This document shows positions 63,603-64,000 of a DNA stretch of 64,000 nucleotides, in pieces. The notes beneath the pieces are model-generated. The model searched no databases, was not told the DNA's origin, and saw nothing but the letters and a program-made list of their open reading frames with translations. A program made the translations under genes and the position numbers. Source of the DNA: Waterburya sp. GTDB lineage: Bacteria > Cyanobacteriota > Cyanobacteriia > Cyanobacteriales > Xenococcaceae. How positions within the stretch are numbered: the stretch's first letter is position 1; each line of letters starts with the position of its first letter. The stretch covers positions 2,688,001 to 2,752,000 of the forward strand of contig CBDCJV010000002.1 in assembly GCA_965217895.1 (NCBI GenBank). Reading direction: 5' to 3'.

Positions 63603-64000
63603 TTTTTTAAGGCTAAACAACAACAACTTATGGCGATAATAATGAGCTACTGCTAGCTCTCTTTACTCGTTAACAATAAGTATAAGAAGCTTTGATCGAT
63701 AAAATTCATTTTTAAAATATAATTTTACAATTTGCCTAAACACAAAATGTAGCTTAAGTATAGATTTTTAGTACTGCTGACTATTGATCCCTAGTTATTT
63801 GTTGACTTTAACAACTAATATTGCAGCTAATCTTATAGATATAAAAGGCATTTTTATGTTTTCTAACATATACAAATTGTAGGTAGAATAGTAAGAATAA
63901 GTATTTATACTTATAGTTTTTAAAAGCTTGATTTGGCTAAATATATCTTAATTACTAAAACTAACAATAAAGAAAATTAAAGCTAATTAACAATAAATAT

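Noticed and set aside
1..64000. Frequent GCGATCGC palindromes as a novel repeat
   Set aside because: This is the well-known cyanobacterial HIP1 octamer.

Overview
Chromosomal window from a cyanobacterium: psbD, a cyanobacterial tmRNA tag, dense HIP1 GCGATCGC octamers and heptamer repeats. A Pleurocapsales-like host is my inference. Most of it is housekeeping and stress genes (katE, ssrA, hemB, proS, sat, rne-rnhB, pheA, sufCDS, sodN, speD, accC, psbD, pheT, three tRNAs), plus a decayed metal-resistance/IS982 patch at about 45-48 kb. The most notable signal is a layered set of very small mobile elements. A complete group II intron (11831-14008, minus strand) sits inside a 67-nt GC-rich micro-element that had already broken a GNAT gene, and the intron's EBS1 loop pairs with that element's sequence. 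A sister micro-element with the same ends lies inside a MITE, and a second copy of that MITE shows the empty site. Related nested hairpin micro-elements occur in-frame in sufD, in the sodN 3' hairpin, in an IS982 relic and in two intergenic regions. Also notable: a double SufR operator directly upstream of sufC with no sufB or sufR, several probable pseudo-enzymes, and a divergent D2.
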